From the IMG/VR virus record IMGVR_UViG_3300032245_001163: a stretch of 64,000 nucleotides of DNA, one strand, 5' to 3'. A program made the translations under genes and the position numbers. Position 1 is the first letter of the stretch. Each line of letters opens with the position of its first letter. The stretch comes from a virus. Below, one piece after another: positions 10,491 to 20,181 of the stretch. A model generated the notes under the pieces. It saw only the letters and a program-made list of their open reading frames with translations, made no database searches and was not told the DNA's origin.

Positions 10491-10498
10491 TATTTATA
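10491..10498 (-). promoter_or_regulatory. T4-type late promoter TATAAATA
   Basis: Exact consensus, intergenic; the gp55 gene is in this window. Confidence 0.8.
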
Positions 10499-10544
10499 GA
10501 TACCGTAAAATAATAAACCGCACTGTATATACTGTAAATATTGC

Positions 10545-11693
10545 ATGGACTCATCACAACTCATCGAAGAAGGCAACCAATATCGTGCCAACAATCAACC
10601 TGCACAGGCGTTGCAGTGTTATACCTTGGCCATGTGCCAAGACCCAGATTCTGCGGCAGCATTCAACAACTATGGCAATGTCATGCGAGAAATGGGACAA
10701 CCTCGCAGAGGCATACCGTTTTTGGAACATGCTGCCATACTTGATCCCAACAACGTTACAGCACGTTTTAACTTGGCCGTGAGTTATTTGATCACGGGCG
10801 ACTATGTTCGAGGTTGGCCAGCATACGAAGCACGTTGGCAGTATGAACATCTAGCTGGTTCATTGCCACAGCATGCTCAACCTCGTTGGACTGGACAAGA
10901 CTTAAAAGATAAGACCATATTGGTAGTAGGCGAGCAAGGACATGGAGACAACATACAGTTTTGTAGATTTTTAGTTAACTTGCATGCTGCTGGCGCAAAA
11001 ATACTGTTCCAGGTTACCGATGGTATGATACCATTATTATCCAATGCCAGCATTATCAATTGGATTGGAAGATACACTGATGAGCCACCTGAGTTTGATT
11101 ATTGGGTGCCAATTATGAGTATTCCTGGAGTGTTGGGCATTACATTAGATAATCTTCCCCGACAAATCAGTTATATCAATGCACAAGAAACTGATGTCAA
11201 AACGTGGTTGCAACGCATGGGCCCTAAGACACGCATGCGTGTGGGTTTCTCGTGGTCGGGACGCAGAGATGCCTGGCTCAACAAACACAAAGGTGTACCA
11301 TTTGAAACCATGTTAGAAATGGTTAAAAACAATCCCCAGTATGAGTGGATAAACTTACAAGTGGATGCCACTGATGAAGAATCACAGGCCATGGCTGCAG
11401 CCGGAGTAACCATGTATCCAGGTGCTATTGCTAGTTTTTCTGACACTGCGGCACTGATGATGTGTTTGGATGTGGTAATTTCTGTGGATACTGCCATCAC
11501 ACATCTTGCAGGTTCATTGGGTAGACCAACTTGGTTGATGTTGCAGTGGTTTGCTACAGACTGGCGCTGGATGTTGGATCGTGATTCTAGCCCTTGGTAT
11601 CCTACTACTAGAATATTCCGTCAACCTAGCATGGGAGATTGGAACAGCGTTACCAAGAAGATAGAACAATATCTAACGTGGTTCAAAGTATAG
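10545..11693 (+). CDS. TPR-repeat protein fused to a GT-B glycosyltransferase (GT9-like)
   Basis: N-terminal TPRs (AAAFNNYGNVMREMG, ARFNLAVSYL); conserved EQGHGDNIQF, VISVDTAITHLAGSLG and DWRW..DRDSSPWYPT motifs. Confidence 0.85.
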   Translation: MDSSQLIEEGNQYRANNQPAQALQCYTLAMCQDPDSAAAFNNYGNVMREMGQPRRGIPFLEHAAILDPNNVTARFNLAVSYLITGDYVRGWPAYEARWQYEHLAGSLPQHAQPRWTGQDLKDKTILVVGEQGHGDNIQFCRFLVNLHAAGAKILFQVTDGMIPLLSNASIINWIGRYTDEPPEFDYWVPIMSIPGVLGITLDNLPRQISYINAQETDVKTWLQRMGPKTRMRVGFSWSGRRDAWLNKHKGVPFETMLEMVKNNPQYEWINLQVDATDEESQAMAAAGVTMYPGAIASFSDTAALMMCLDVVISVDTAITHLAGSLGRPTWLMLQWFATDWRWMLDRDSSPWYPTTRIFRQPSMGDWNSVTKKIEQYLTWFKV

Positions 11694-11695
11694 CC

Positions 11696-11727
11696 AACAA
11701 AAAAGCACCCGAGGGTGCTTTTTTGTT
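11696..11727. terminator. Bidirectional intrinsic terminator between the converging GT and major capsid genes
   Basis: Perfect inverted repeat AACAAAAAAGCACCC-GA-GGGTGCTTTTTTGTT with A and T tracts on both sides. Confidence 0.9.
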
Positions 11728-11756
11728 CCTTCCCATCCCTGGGTTGGATTCTCTGA

Positions 11757-12953
11757 TTAGGAGAATGAAAGGTTAGACACAGCGATCTCACCAACATAGT
11801 CACCAGCATTGCCGAAGCTAGATGCAGTGTTTGTCAGTTCGATATAACCATAACGTGTCATGAATGACACGACTGGTTCAAATGTGCTTGGATCCAACAC
11901 CACGCCTGAAGACATCAATGGGATGTATGGGCAGTAGAATGCTGGTGCGTCAGCTTCTGAAGAACCTTTGTATCCGACCAACACTGATTGTGTGTCAGCA
12001 GCATAGCTGTCAACGAACACTCTCATAGAGCCGTTCAATGTACCAACAAACTTGGTGTTGGTAGGTGCTTCAAATGTACCTTCTGTAGTGCGAGCAAAAG
12101 CAGAAGTTGTTGCAGATTGCAACACTGTCAACGCAGCTGAAGAAACCACAGCGTAGTTACCAGCGCCACGACGTGTGCGTTGAGCAATCAAGTTAGCAAC
12201 ACGGTTAACCAACACAGCCAAAGCAGCGTGTTCGTCACCAACGAATGTTGCTGTACCAGAAACGGTAGCTTGGTTGTATGTGAACTCAGTAGAAGCCAGT
12301 GAACGCAAGCTCAAGAGAATCTCTTGGTCAATTTCAGCTGTAATTTCTTGAGCCAGTGCTGCCATGATTTCTGCTTCAACGTCAATACCATGCATGGCTT
12401 GTGCGTCTTGTGCAGATTCAAATGTCCAGCGAGCTTGCAACTTACGTGTGCGAGCTTCAACGGCTTGCTTCAGGATTTGAACGCTGATTTGCTTACCGCC
12501 AGTACCTTCCATGGTAGCTGTGTTGCCGCCAGTATAGTTGGTAGCTGTGTTTGTACCGCTAGGAACGGTAGAATATGCCTGAGCAATTTTGAATGGGCTC
12601 AATGCTTCTTCACCAGCTGATACAGAAGTAGCGGCTGCGGAAGTGTCTGTCAAGCTGTTGGCATAACGCACACGCAGGGTGTGGATTTGACCAACTGGAC
12701 CTGTCATGGGCTGAACGCCAACCAACTCGTTAGCAATAACGGTGGGCATAACACGACGGATCACTGGCAGAATAACACGGTTAAGTGTTGCAATGTTGCC
12801 AGCAGCAGTAGAACCTGCTGTTGCATTCTCTTTCAAATAGCGACGAGTGTTTTCGAGGATAACATTCATGCTATTGCGTTTGGTTCCATTAAGACCTTCT
12901 AACAGTGCCTCTTTGGTTTCGCCCCAACGACTTTCTAATAGTTCTTGTGACAT
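11757..12953 (-). CDS. gp23: Major capsid protein (T4 gp23-like)
   Basis: VIRRVMPTVIANELVGVQPMTGPVGQIHTLR, RKLQARWTFE..QD, FYCPYIPL and MTRYG motifs; last gene of the head module. Confidence 0.97.
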   Translation of the reverse strand: MSQELLESRWGETKEALLEGLNGTKRNSMNVILENTRRYLKENATAGSTAAGNIATLNRVILPVIRRVMPTVIANELVGVQPMTGPVGQIHTLRVRYANSLTDTSAAATSVSAGEEALSPFKIAQAYSTVPSGTNTATNYTGGNTATMEGTGGKQISVQILKQAVEARTRKLQARWTFESAQDAQAMHGIDVEAEIMAALAQEITAEIDQEILLSLRSLASTEFTYNQATVSGTATFVGDEHAALAVLVNRVANLIAQRTRRGAGNYAVVSSAALTVLQSATTSAFARTTEGTFEAPTNTKFVGTLNGSMRVFVDSYAADTQSVLVGYKGSSEADAPAFYCPYIPLMSSGVVLDPSTFEPVVSFMTRYGYIELTNTASSFGNAGDYVGEIAVSNLSFS

Positions 12954-12972
12954 TTAAGTCTCCTTGTTAAGA

Positions 12973-14061
12973 TTAAAGACCTGCCAGGCGCTTGAGGTCA
13001 ATCACGTTGCTGCGATCTTCCGACACACTGGGAACAGTATTTTTATCACCAGTTACTGAGGTAACAGATTCTGCAATCACTTTGCGGGCTTTTACAGATC
13101 TATCTTCCAACACTGCTGGTAGATACTTTTCAAAAGCAGACTTCAAACGGGGTGTTTGAACGCTTTCGAGTAAATTACGCATGACTTCTTGCTTTTCCTG
13201 GTTTAAGGGACGTAGCAATTCATCCAGGGTGCTTTCGCGCTCATTGGACTCACGGATCATACGCAGTTCACGTTCTTTTGACTCAACCACAGCCTTAGCG
13301 GTATGGGTGATGTCGATTGCTTTACGCAATTTCTGATCTTTCTCAGCAATAATGTCATACAGTTTACGGACTTCTGCCTTCTCATTGAGATGGGTAGCAC
13401 CGAACTCTGCTGCATACGCTTCGAAGATTCTGCGACCAAAATTGTTCTCGCGAGCAATTTTGATGTCTTCTTGTAACTGATTCAACTCAGCCTTTAGATG
13501 ACGACTAACAGCTTGACTCATCTTCTCAGCAGATTCTTTTACGAAACGGCTCTTCAACTGTTCAAGTTTGCCACGTGCTTCACGTACCAGACGCACTTTT
13601 GTCTCTACGACATCGCGTTTGTCTTTGGCGAATTCTGTGATTTCACGTGCCAATGCTTGCACCACGAAGTTTTCAAGTTTTTCAACTCCTTCGGTGTGCA
13701 TTTTGCGGTCTTTGCGCAATTCGCCAATTTCTTCTGCAAGTTTAGAAACCATAAAGTTGTTAAACTTTGTGGCTGACTCTTTCATCTTGCCTTGGAACTT
13801 GACGCGATCTTCCGCCAGTGCTTGCTTCTCAGCAGCCACTTGCGCAATTTCTGCGGCCAAACCTTCTGTTACCATCTTGTCTAGGGCTTCTACCATTACT
13901 GTCTTGTCATGCTCGTAGCGTTGTGCAAACTCTTCTCTGAGTTCTGCACGTACCTGTTCACGGGCTTCGTTCAGTTTGCCTTCCCAAGCTTCGTTGAGTT
14001 CTTTACTGACGTCTTCGTTAATTAGGCCACTATCAAGCAGGGGTTTAATTGCATCAAACAT
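12973..14061 (-). CDS. gp22: Prohead core scaffold protein (gp22-like)
   Basis: Glu/Lys-rich coiled coil located between the protease and the capsid gene. Confidence 0.85.
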   Translation of the reverse strand: MFDAIKPLLDSGLINEDVSKELNEAWEGKLNEAREQVRAELREEFAQRYEHDKTVMVEALDKMVTEGLAAEIAQVAAEKQALAEDRVKFQGKMKESATKFNNFMVSKLAEEIGELRKDRKMHTEGVEKLENFVVQALAREITEFAKDKRDVVETKVRLVREARGKLEQLKSRFVKESAEKMSQAVSRHLKAELNQLQEDIKIARENNFGRRIFEAYAAEFGATHLNEKAEVRKLYDIIAEKDQKLRKAIDITHTAKAVVESKERELRMIRESNERESTLDELLRPLNQEKQEVMRNLLESVQTPRLKSAFEKYLPAVLEDRSVKARKVIAESVTSVTGDKNTVPSVSEDRSNVIDLKRLAGL

Positions 14062-14073
14062 GCCTGGTTCTCC

Positions 14074-14712
14074 TTAGATTTTGAGATCCCGAATGAGTCT
14101 TTTAACTTCATTCTTTAGGTATCTCTGCACTTTGTCGCTCTCGCCAGATTCCCGTGCCATCTCCATTAGTTTATGACCGTGCTTCATGTTCATGAGACCT
14201 TCATAAATTGCTGTTGGATAAGCATTGGGTGCGCTGGGTTGTGCAACCACATCTATAGTGACAATTTCAAAGTCACTTACATGTCCTGTTCTGTCGTCTA
14301 CGTTGCCGCTGCCACGACTGCTGACGCCAAGTTTTACACCTGACGTGATCAGCGTTTTAATCAATTCTCCCATGGGAGTTGGCAATATCTTCAACTTACC
14401 GCAACCAGCATGTCCGTCCATCCACATGCCTTCAACTGTGTGGCACACACGATCTAAATTAATCTTTAGATCATCTGGATGGTCCACTTCACCTAAAACG
14501 GAGTTGCCGTTGTGGATCTGTTCGTTGATGGTTTCTACTGCCTTGATAATTTCGTGTCGGGGGTAGATACGTTCATTTGCATTGCGTTTGTCGCCTTCAA
14601 TGCAAATGCCTTTGAGGTAGAGATTCTTTTTGCCATGCATATCAGCCTCTTCCAAGACTTGGATATTGGCCTGGCTAAAAGTTAAATCTTCTCTTAGGTA
14701 TCTAGATGACAT
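14074..14712 (-). CDS. gp21: Prohead protease (gp21-like)
   Basis: NANERIYP, LGEVDHP, GVSSRGSG and DVVAQPSAPNAY motifs. Confidence 0.95.
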   Translation of the reverse strand: MSSRYLREDLTFSQANIQVLEEADMHGKKNLYLKGICIEGDKRNANERIYPRHEIIKAVETINEQIHNGNSVLGEVDHPDDLKINLDRVCHTVEGMWMDGHAGCGKLKILPTPMGELIKTLITSGVKLGVSSRGSGNVDDRTGHVSDFEIVTIDVVAQPSAPNAYPTAIYEGLMNMKHGHKLMEMARESGESDKVQRYLKNEVKRLIRDLKI

Positions 14713-14716
14713 CTAA

Positions 14717-15553
14717 TTAAGCCTTACGTCCACCGGGAAGTGGGCTCTTGTTGTTTTGACCTTCACTACCGGCGCCCATTTTAGGCTTTGGTGCTGCTGA
14801 AGGCTTTTGTGTGCCTTGTGCAGGTGTATTACCAACTTTGCCGATCAAGTCTTTTGTATTGTTGCTGTAAGCAGATGTGTCATGATGTCCACCTTCGGCT
14901 GCACCAGTGTGAACTGGACGGCTAGCCATGCCAGCTTGTCCGCTGTTTGCTGCGTAGGTAGACTTCTTGTTCACGCCGCCTTCTTCACTGGTAACTGGCT
15001 TTGGGGCTGCTTTAAGACTAACAGCTTCCATCATGCCTGGTTCCATTTCGTCAGTGTCGTCCATTTCAATAGCATCGCCGCCTTCGTCAGGACCAAAACC
15101 GTCGCCATCGCCCATGAGGTCTTCAAATTCGGCCATCAACTGGTCCAATTTGTCTTCTAAATTCATGATGTCGTCTTTGGTTGCAGGTTCGTCGCTGCCA
15201 CCTTCTTCGTCGCCCATGCTAAATTCTGCTTCTTCGCCGTCGTCACCAACGTCGATGTCTAATTCTTCTTCTTCGCCTTCGCCTTCCATGTTCATGTCAG
15301 ATTCTTCTTCCATTTCCACGTCGTCGATTAGGTCGTCGCTGGCGTCGCCGCCCATGCCTTCTTCAATGTCTTCTTCAGAACTTTCGTCCAGCTCTTCTTC
15401 AGCGCCTTCGTCTAGTTCTTCTTCGGCTTCTTCAGCCATGATATTTTCATAGATTTGACGGCTTTTCTCCACAACAATGTCGTGGAAAAGTTCGCGGGCT
15501 TTCGCCTCTTCGTCATTGATTACATATTCAATCAATTGTTCAAAACGGTTCAT
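14717..15553 (-). CDS. Highly acidic prohead core protein (gp67/gp68 position)
   Basis: Asp/Glu-rich N-terminal two-thirds with a basic tail; lies between portal and protease. Confidence 0.6.
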   Translation of the reverse strand: MNRFEQLIEYVINDEEAKARELFHDIVVEKSRQIYENIMAEEAEEELDEGAEEELDESSEEDIEEGMGGDASDDLIDDVEMEEESDMNMEGEGEEEELDIDVGDDGEEAEFSMGDEEGGSDEPATKDDIMNLEDKLDQLMAEFEDLMGDGDGFGPDEGGDAIEMDDTDEMEPGMMEAVSLKAAPKPVTSEEGGVNKKSTYAANSGQAGMASRPVHTGAAEGGHHDTSAYSNNTKDLIGKVGNTPAQGTQKPSAAPKPKMGAGSEGQNNKSPLPGGRKA

Positions 15554-15584
15554 ATGGGAAACTCCTATAGGTAAAGTGTGCTGT

Positions 15585-15592
15585 TATTTACA
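15585..15592 (-). promoter_or_regulatory. Putative late promoter TGTAAATA
   Basis: Intergenic, upstream of the AGGAG RBS of 15553. Confidence 0.55.
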
Positions 15593-15651
15593 CACAAGGA
15601 GAAAAAGACGTGGTTTAAGGGGTAAAAAGGCGTAGAAATGTTGCAAACTTT

Positions 15652-15876
15652 TTACATACCCGCCGGTGGGGCAGGAGGAGGTGCGTATTGCTTGCGCACC
15701 AGTTTTAGTTTTTCTTTGAATTCGTACATTCTCACATCGTTCATTTTTCTCAACTTGTTGAGTTGACGCAGTGTGAGACGACTTTTGCGCAAATCACCCT
15801 CTTGCGGCTGACTGTTGTCTTGCGACAAGTCTTGAAACGCTTCAGGGTCTTTGCGAAAGAATTCAGTTAACAGCAT
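15652..15876 (-). CDS. Small head-module protein (74 aa)
   Basis: Immediately follows the portal gene; basic helix RLTLRQLNKLRKM. Confidence 0.7.
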   Translation of the reverse strand: MLLTEFFRKDPEAFQDLSQDNSQPQEGDLRKSRLTLRQLNKLRKMNDVRMYEFKEKLKLVRKQYAPPPAPPAGM

Positions 15877-15881
15877 GTTGT

Positions 15882-15889
15882 TATTTATA
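15882..15889 (-). promoter_or_regulatory. Late promoter TATAAATA overlapping the portal stop codon
   Basis: Exact consensus, 5 nt before ATG 15876. Confidence 0.7.
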
Positions 15890-17681
15890 CTGCACCGGGT
15901 GCAGGAGCGGCACCACCAGCAGGCATTGCACCGCCAGGTACCACAGGCACTGGACCGGCACCAGCAGGAGCACCGGCACCGTTGGCAGCCATGCCAGCAA
16001 CTTCTTCGCCGGTTTCAATGTCGGCTTCCAGTGCACCTGGGGTAATACCAATACTACGCATATCTTGTCCTGCATTGGTTTCCAGTTCTGGCTCGTCGCG
16101 TTCTTCGCGCCACATTTCTTCGTTTTCTGCAATTTCTTCTTCGGTCAAGCCCAAGAAACGTTGTAGCATAAAACGCTTGCTCATGTAAGGCAGTTGTTCC
16201 AACTGTGTAAATGCGCCAATACGAGTCATATCCAACTCGCTTTGACGATAACTTGCAAAGTTTTGAGGTGCATTAAACTTCAAATTAAACAGGCTAGAGT
16301 CTATGTTAAACCCACGCCATTTCATAAACATCTTGAATTCGTCGTCTAATTTTTGCACAACAAGTGCTTGTAATCGCTCGCAATACTGGTTGAATCTGTA
16401 CTCTTGAATCAGTGCTGTGCCTACTTTGCCGTCGGTCATTGCACGGTCTGAATCGTCAGGACCAGTGGGCAAATAGCTCGACGGCACACGCAGACCACGA
16501 GCCATTTTGTTGTTGAAATATTTCAAGTCATCAATTTCGCCCAGATTCTGCCCGCCTTGCAAAGTATCTACACTGGATCCACGTCCGTCTGCGCCTTGGG
16601 GGAAGAAGTAATCTTCGTTGATTGACAGTGGATTGTATGACGCATCCATCATGTTGTTGCCACCACCAGTCATTGTGGGGATTCTGCGCTGATGCATTTC
16701 GTTTTTAACACGTTCCACAAATGCCATAGCCAAGTGTGATGGCATGTTGCCCACGTCAATTTTGAAGATTCTGCGTTCCGGAGCACGGCTCACACGATAG
16801 ATCAACACAGCGTCTTCCAACAGTTCTTTCTGCTTGAACACTTTGTAAATCTGCTCTAGTATGCTACGCCCAAAAGGCCAGAACACATCCAGGCCTTCGT
16901 TCAAACTGATGTGAACCACGTGCTTGGCATCCAAGCAAACTTCGTTCATAGCAGTCATAAATCTGCTGTTGCCCACGCCGCCACCTGTGCCGCCATTGGG
17001 CATAGTATAGTTGGCGTTGCCTGAAATTGTGCCTGTAACAGGGTTAGTCATGTAGTCCGTGGTGGTTTTGGCTGCCACAGTCATGTTCTGGAAGTTGGGG
17101 TTGATGTCTCGGATCACATACTGCTCAGGGCGCTTGCCCTCTGATTCGTTGACAATAACACGGGCAACCTTGCTCATGTCCACCCACATCATTTCAAATG
17201 TTTCTGGATCACGCACAAAAATTTGATCGCCGTACTTGACGGTATTGCGGAACAGTTTGAAAATTCTTTGATCTAATTTGTTGAGTTTGACCCATTGTTG
17301 CAGTTGCTTTTTAATGATTGAAACTTCGTTGTCAGTGGGTTTGTCCCTATAATCAACTTCAAACGGTGTGCCGTTCTGCTCGTTCATCTGTGTGGAGAAC
17401 TCAGCAATAATGTCCAAACATGCATTGATTTCTGAATCCATATCCATGTTTTCGTACTGATTGTAGCGTTCAATACGATTGGGGTGTCCTGAATAAACCT
17501 CTGGCAGTCTTGACGCATAGTTGCGGAAGATAAAGTCCGCAGGCATGCCTGTGTCGGTGCCGTCATTTTTGGTATAACCTGGCAGACCAAATTGGTTCCT
17601 GCCTGAAATTGGGCTCATGACACCTGTGGTGTCTGCTACCTTGAAATATTTGCGCCAGCCGGGTTGTTTGGGTTCTGCCAT
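15885..17681 (-). CDS. gp20: Portal vertex protein (gp20-like)
   Basis: LLEDAVLIYRVSRAPERRIFKIDVGNMP, EDYFFP and GGQNLGEIDDLKYF motifs. Confidence 0.97.
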   Translation of the reverse strand: MAEPKQPGWRKYFKVADTTGVMSPISGRNQFGLPGYTKNDGTDTGMPADFIFRNYASRLPEVYSGHPNRIERYNQYENMDMDSEINACLDIIAEFSTQMNEQNGTPFEVDYRDKPTDNEVSIIKKQLQQWVKLNKLDQRIFKLFRNTVKYGDQIFVRDPETFEMMWVDMSKVARVIVNESEGKRPEQYVIRDINPNFQNMTVAAKTTTDYMTNPVTGTISGNANYTMPNGGTGGGVGNSRFMTAMNEVCLDAKHVVHISLNEGLDVFWPFGRSILEQIYKVFKQKELLEDAVLIYRVSRAPERRIFKIDVGNMPSHLAMAFVERVKNEMHQRRIPTMTGGGNNMMDASYNPLSINEDYFFPQGADGRGSSVDTLQGGQNLGEIDDLKYFNNKMARGLRVPSSYLPTGPDDSDRAMTDGKVGTALIQEYRFNQYCERLQALVVQKLDDEFKMFMKWRGFNIDSSLFNLKFNAPQNFASYRQSELDMTRIGAFTQLEQLPYMSKRFMLQRFLGLTEEEIAENEEMWREERDEPELETNAGQDMRSIGITPGALEADIETGEEVAGMAANGAGAPAGAGPVPVVPGGAMPAGGAAPAPGAV

Positions 17682-17688
17682 AGTTGAT

Positions 17689-17696
17689 TATTTATT
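17689..17696 (-). promoter_or_regulatory. Putative late promoter AATAAATA
   Basis: In a 16-nt gap, 7 nt before the portal ATG. Confidence 0.55.
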
Positions 17697-17697
17697 G

Positions 17698-20139
17698 TTA
17701 GTTGCTGGCTACCTGCGCTAATCGTTCACTGGCTTTGGCTGTGGCCTGCATGCTGCGGCGCATTTCTTCCAACAATCCTACCATCTGTTGTTGTAATCCA
17801 GTATCATTTCGATTTTGCAGTTGTTCAGCTAGCCGATTGATATTGGCCACTGCTGTTTTAAAATCATTGCCCATGTTTTCTGTTAGAGACTGACTTATTT
17901 GTGCAGCGGCCTCTTTGTCAATTTCCAACTTGGGCATGTTGTCCAACAATGCTGTTTGACTAGACAATGATGCAGGCATAGCATTGTTCATAAAACTGTC
18001 AAGCTGGTTGAGTATTTCTGCTTGACCATCTATCAATGTTTTTTGTACAGGGCCAGTGATTGGCATGCCTGAAGATACGTCTGCAAAAGCAGCATCAAAG
18101 TTTTTATTGCTGCTTGATTTGGTGCTGAGTCGCATGCCTGAAGTAATGCTGTCGATTACTTTGAGCATTTCGCTTTGAGTATCCAGCATTTTCTTCTGCG
18201 ACTTTTCACCGCTGACCATGTTGAACAACTTGGTCAAGTCAGCATTTTCGTCCTTGTTGAGCACACGCTCGCCCTTGTGTAACTGTGCAATAATGTCTTT
18301 GGGTTCAAACAGCGATCCCAATTCTCCTGCAGTACCGTGGGCTCGACCTGGCAGCGGCGGGTTAAAAGGATCGTATCTGGGACCGCCAGGTAGACGTGGT
18401 TCCGGTGCTGGCGGTGGTGGGTTTACTACACTGGCTGGTCCAACAATGTCTACTGGCAGTGGGTTCTGACGAGTATACGGATTAGGAATTGGATTAGGAA
18501 ATCTTGGACCACCTGGAGGTGGATTTTGTTGGTCCGGACTTGGATTTATTAATCCACCTCCAGGGCGATTTTGAGTTAAAGTTTCGTCTATGATAGCAGG
18601 TCTAGTAGGCTGACCAAGTACTCCTTGTGGTCCAGTGGGACGACGAGTTTCAGTGCCAAATACTGTGCCGCTGCCAAGTTTCTTGCGAAGATCAATCACC
18701 AACTCCTGAAACTCTTTGGCCACAACCTGCATGGTATTCTTGGCAAGATTGGGGATACCAGTTTCAATAAACGCCTGGTAAGTCAACATGCTGTCATTTT
18801 GGACTTTACGCAAATTGGCCTGTTGATCCAGTGCCGTACCTGTTTTGTCAATTTGATTTTTTTGTTCTTGTCTAGCTTCGCCCATCATTTCGGCAAAACT
18901 TTTGGTGGACATTATCTGTGCTTTGTTGGCTTCAATAAAGCCCACACCAAATGATTTCCCATACAATGCTAAATCTTCGTTGGTGTCAGCAAATCTACCC
19001 AATGCCTTGATAGATCTTTCAACACCTTTTTCAAATTCAGGCTGATTTCCTTGATACTGCCCAGCATTTAATTTTTGTATCAGTTGAAACAGTTCTGGCG
19101 AACTTTGCAGCAAATCGGTGGCTTCTTTTGAACCCATCTGCCCGCCCAGCATGTCTTGGAATCCTTTGAATGTTCGCTCACCCAGGCTTTTTGTGATAGT
19201 GGTTAATTCTCGCACTTGTCGCATAGCATCGCTGTCAGGACCGCCAAATTTACGCTCAAGTTTTTTCTGCGCTGCCACAAAACGTTCATTGCGCATGGCT
19301 TCGTCATAGGCCTGTTGTTGTTGTTTGCGACTAAGACCAGTTACTTTGGCCAGTGCATCTTGTTCCAGCATAAAATTGTATGCACTGCTACTCAATGCGC
19401 TGAAATCTTTGATTGTGCCTTGTGAAACACGATTTTGTGTTCTAGCATAAGCCATCAGTGCCGCTGCTTGTTCTTCTTCGTTCATGCCCAGCTTACGGAG
19501 CGAAACTTCGTACTGTGCCATTTCTGCACCAAGTTCGCTGAACTGCTTGCGACCTTTGAGAACTGTGCCGCCCATCAATGCCAGTTCGTCGGCGTTTTCT
19601 CCAACCATGCCTAGATAACGATCTAACTTGTTGACATTCAGCCCTAGTTTTTGTATGTCGTCAAAAAGGCCTTCCATGCCATCAGCACCCACAGCACCTG
19701 CTTCGGCTATTTGACTAAATGCATTGTACAAGTTGTCTGACTGAATATTTGCTGTTTTTGTTAGTTCCGCACCTTGTTTTAGAATTTGTGTGGTTAAAAA
19801 AGTAATACCAGCTGCCAGCCCTTTGACCAAGGCACCCCCGGGTGTCAGCAAACTTAATCCTACGGCAAAGGTCTGTGCAGCATCAACCATTTTATCAATG
19901 GAGTTGTTGAATACTGCGGCACCTTTTTCTCCGCGATACATAGCTCGGGTATAGTCGCCCACAGCGTCGGCCAGATTGCCCATGATGCTAGTGGCCATTT
20001 GAACTTTGAACCCAAAGTTTTGTATGCCAGTTTGTGCTTCTAGCAGTCGTTGATTGGTTTCGGGCAAGATATACCCAAACCGTCGCATCTGTTCATTGAC
20101 TTCTTCTGTGATCCTGGCGAGATTTTCTTCTGGCGTCAT
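17698..20139 (-). CDS. Tape-measure-like protein; likely start MTPEEN at 20139
   Basis: Long Ala/Gln/Leu helical protein with a hydrophobic segment, a Pro-rich linker and an AHG...AQLHKGERVL motif typical of tape-measure C-termini. The track start (20190) overlaps the promoters and the divergent gene. Confidence 0.65.
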   Translation of the reverse strand: MTPEENLARITEEVNEQMRRFGYILPETNQRLLEAQTGIQNFGFKVQMATSIMGNLADAVGDYTRAMYRGEKGAAVFNNSIDKMVDAAQTFAVGLSLLTPGGALVKGLAAGITFLTTQILKQGAELTKTANIQSDNLYNAFSQIAEAGAVGADGMEGLFDDIQKLGLNVNKLDRYLGMVGENADELALMGGTVLKGRKQFSELGAEMAQYEVSLRKLGMNEEEQAAALMAYARTQNRVSQGTIKDFSALSSSAYNFMLEQDALAKVTGLSRKQQQQAYDEAMRNERFVAAQKKLERKFGGPDSDAMRQVRELTTITKSLGERTFKGFQDMLGGQMGSKEATDLLQSSPELFQLIQKLNAGQYQGNQPEFEKGVERSIKALGRFADTNEDLALYGKSFGVGFIEANKAQIMSTKSFAEMMGEARQEQKNQIDKTGTALDQQANLRKVQNDSMLTYQAFIETGIPNLAKNTMQVVAKEFQELVIDLRKKLGSGTVFGTETRRPTGPQGVLGQPTRPAIIDETLTQNRPGGGLINPSPDQQNPPPGGPRFPNPIPNPYTRQNPLPVDIVGPASVVNPPPPAPEPRLPGGPRYDPFNPPLPGRAHGTAGELGSLFEPKDIIAQLHKGERVLNKDENADLTKLFNMVSGEKSQKKMLDTQSEMLKVIDSITSGMRLSTKSSSNKNFDAAFADVSSGMPITGPVQKTLIDGQAEILNQLDSFMNNAMPASLSSQTALLDNMPKLEIDKEAAAQISQSLTENMGNDFKTAVANINRLAEQLQNRNDTGLQQQMVGLLEEMRRSMQATAKASERLAQVASN

Positions 20140-20147
20140 GGTGTTGT

Positions 20148-20175
20148 ACCTATAAGTAGAACTATATTTATAGGT
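20148..20175. promoter_or_regulatory. Two overlapping, oppositely oriented late promoters (TATAAGTA on +, TATAAATA on -)
   Basis: ACCTATAAGTA-GAACTA-TATTTATAGGT quasi-palindrome in the 42-nt gap between divergent genes. Confidence 0.7.
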
Positions 20176-20181
20176 ATCAAA

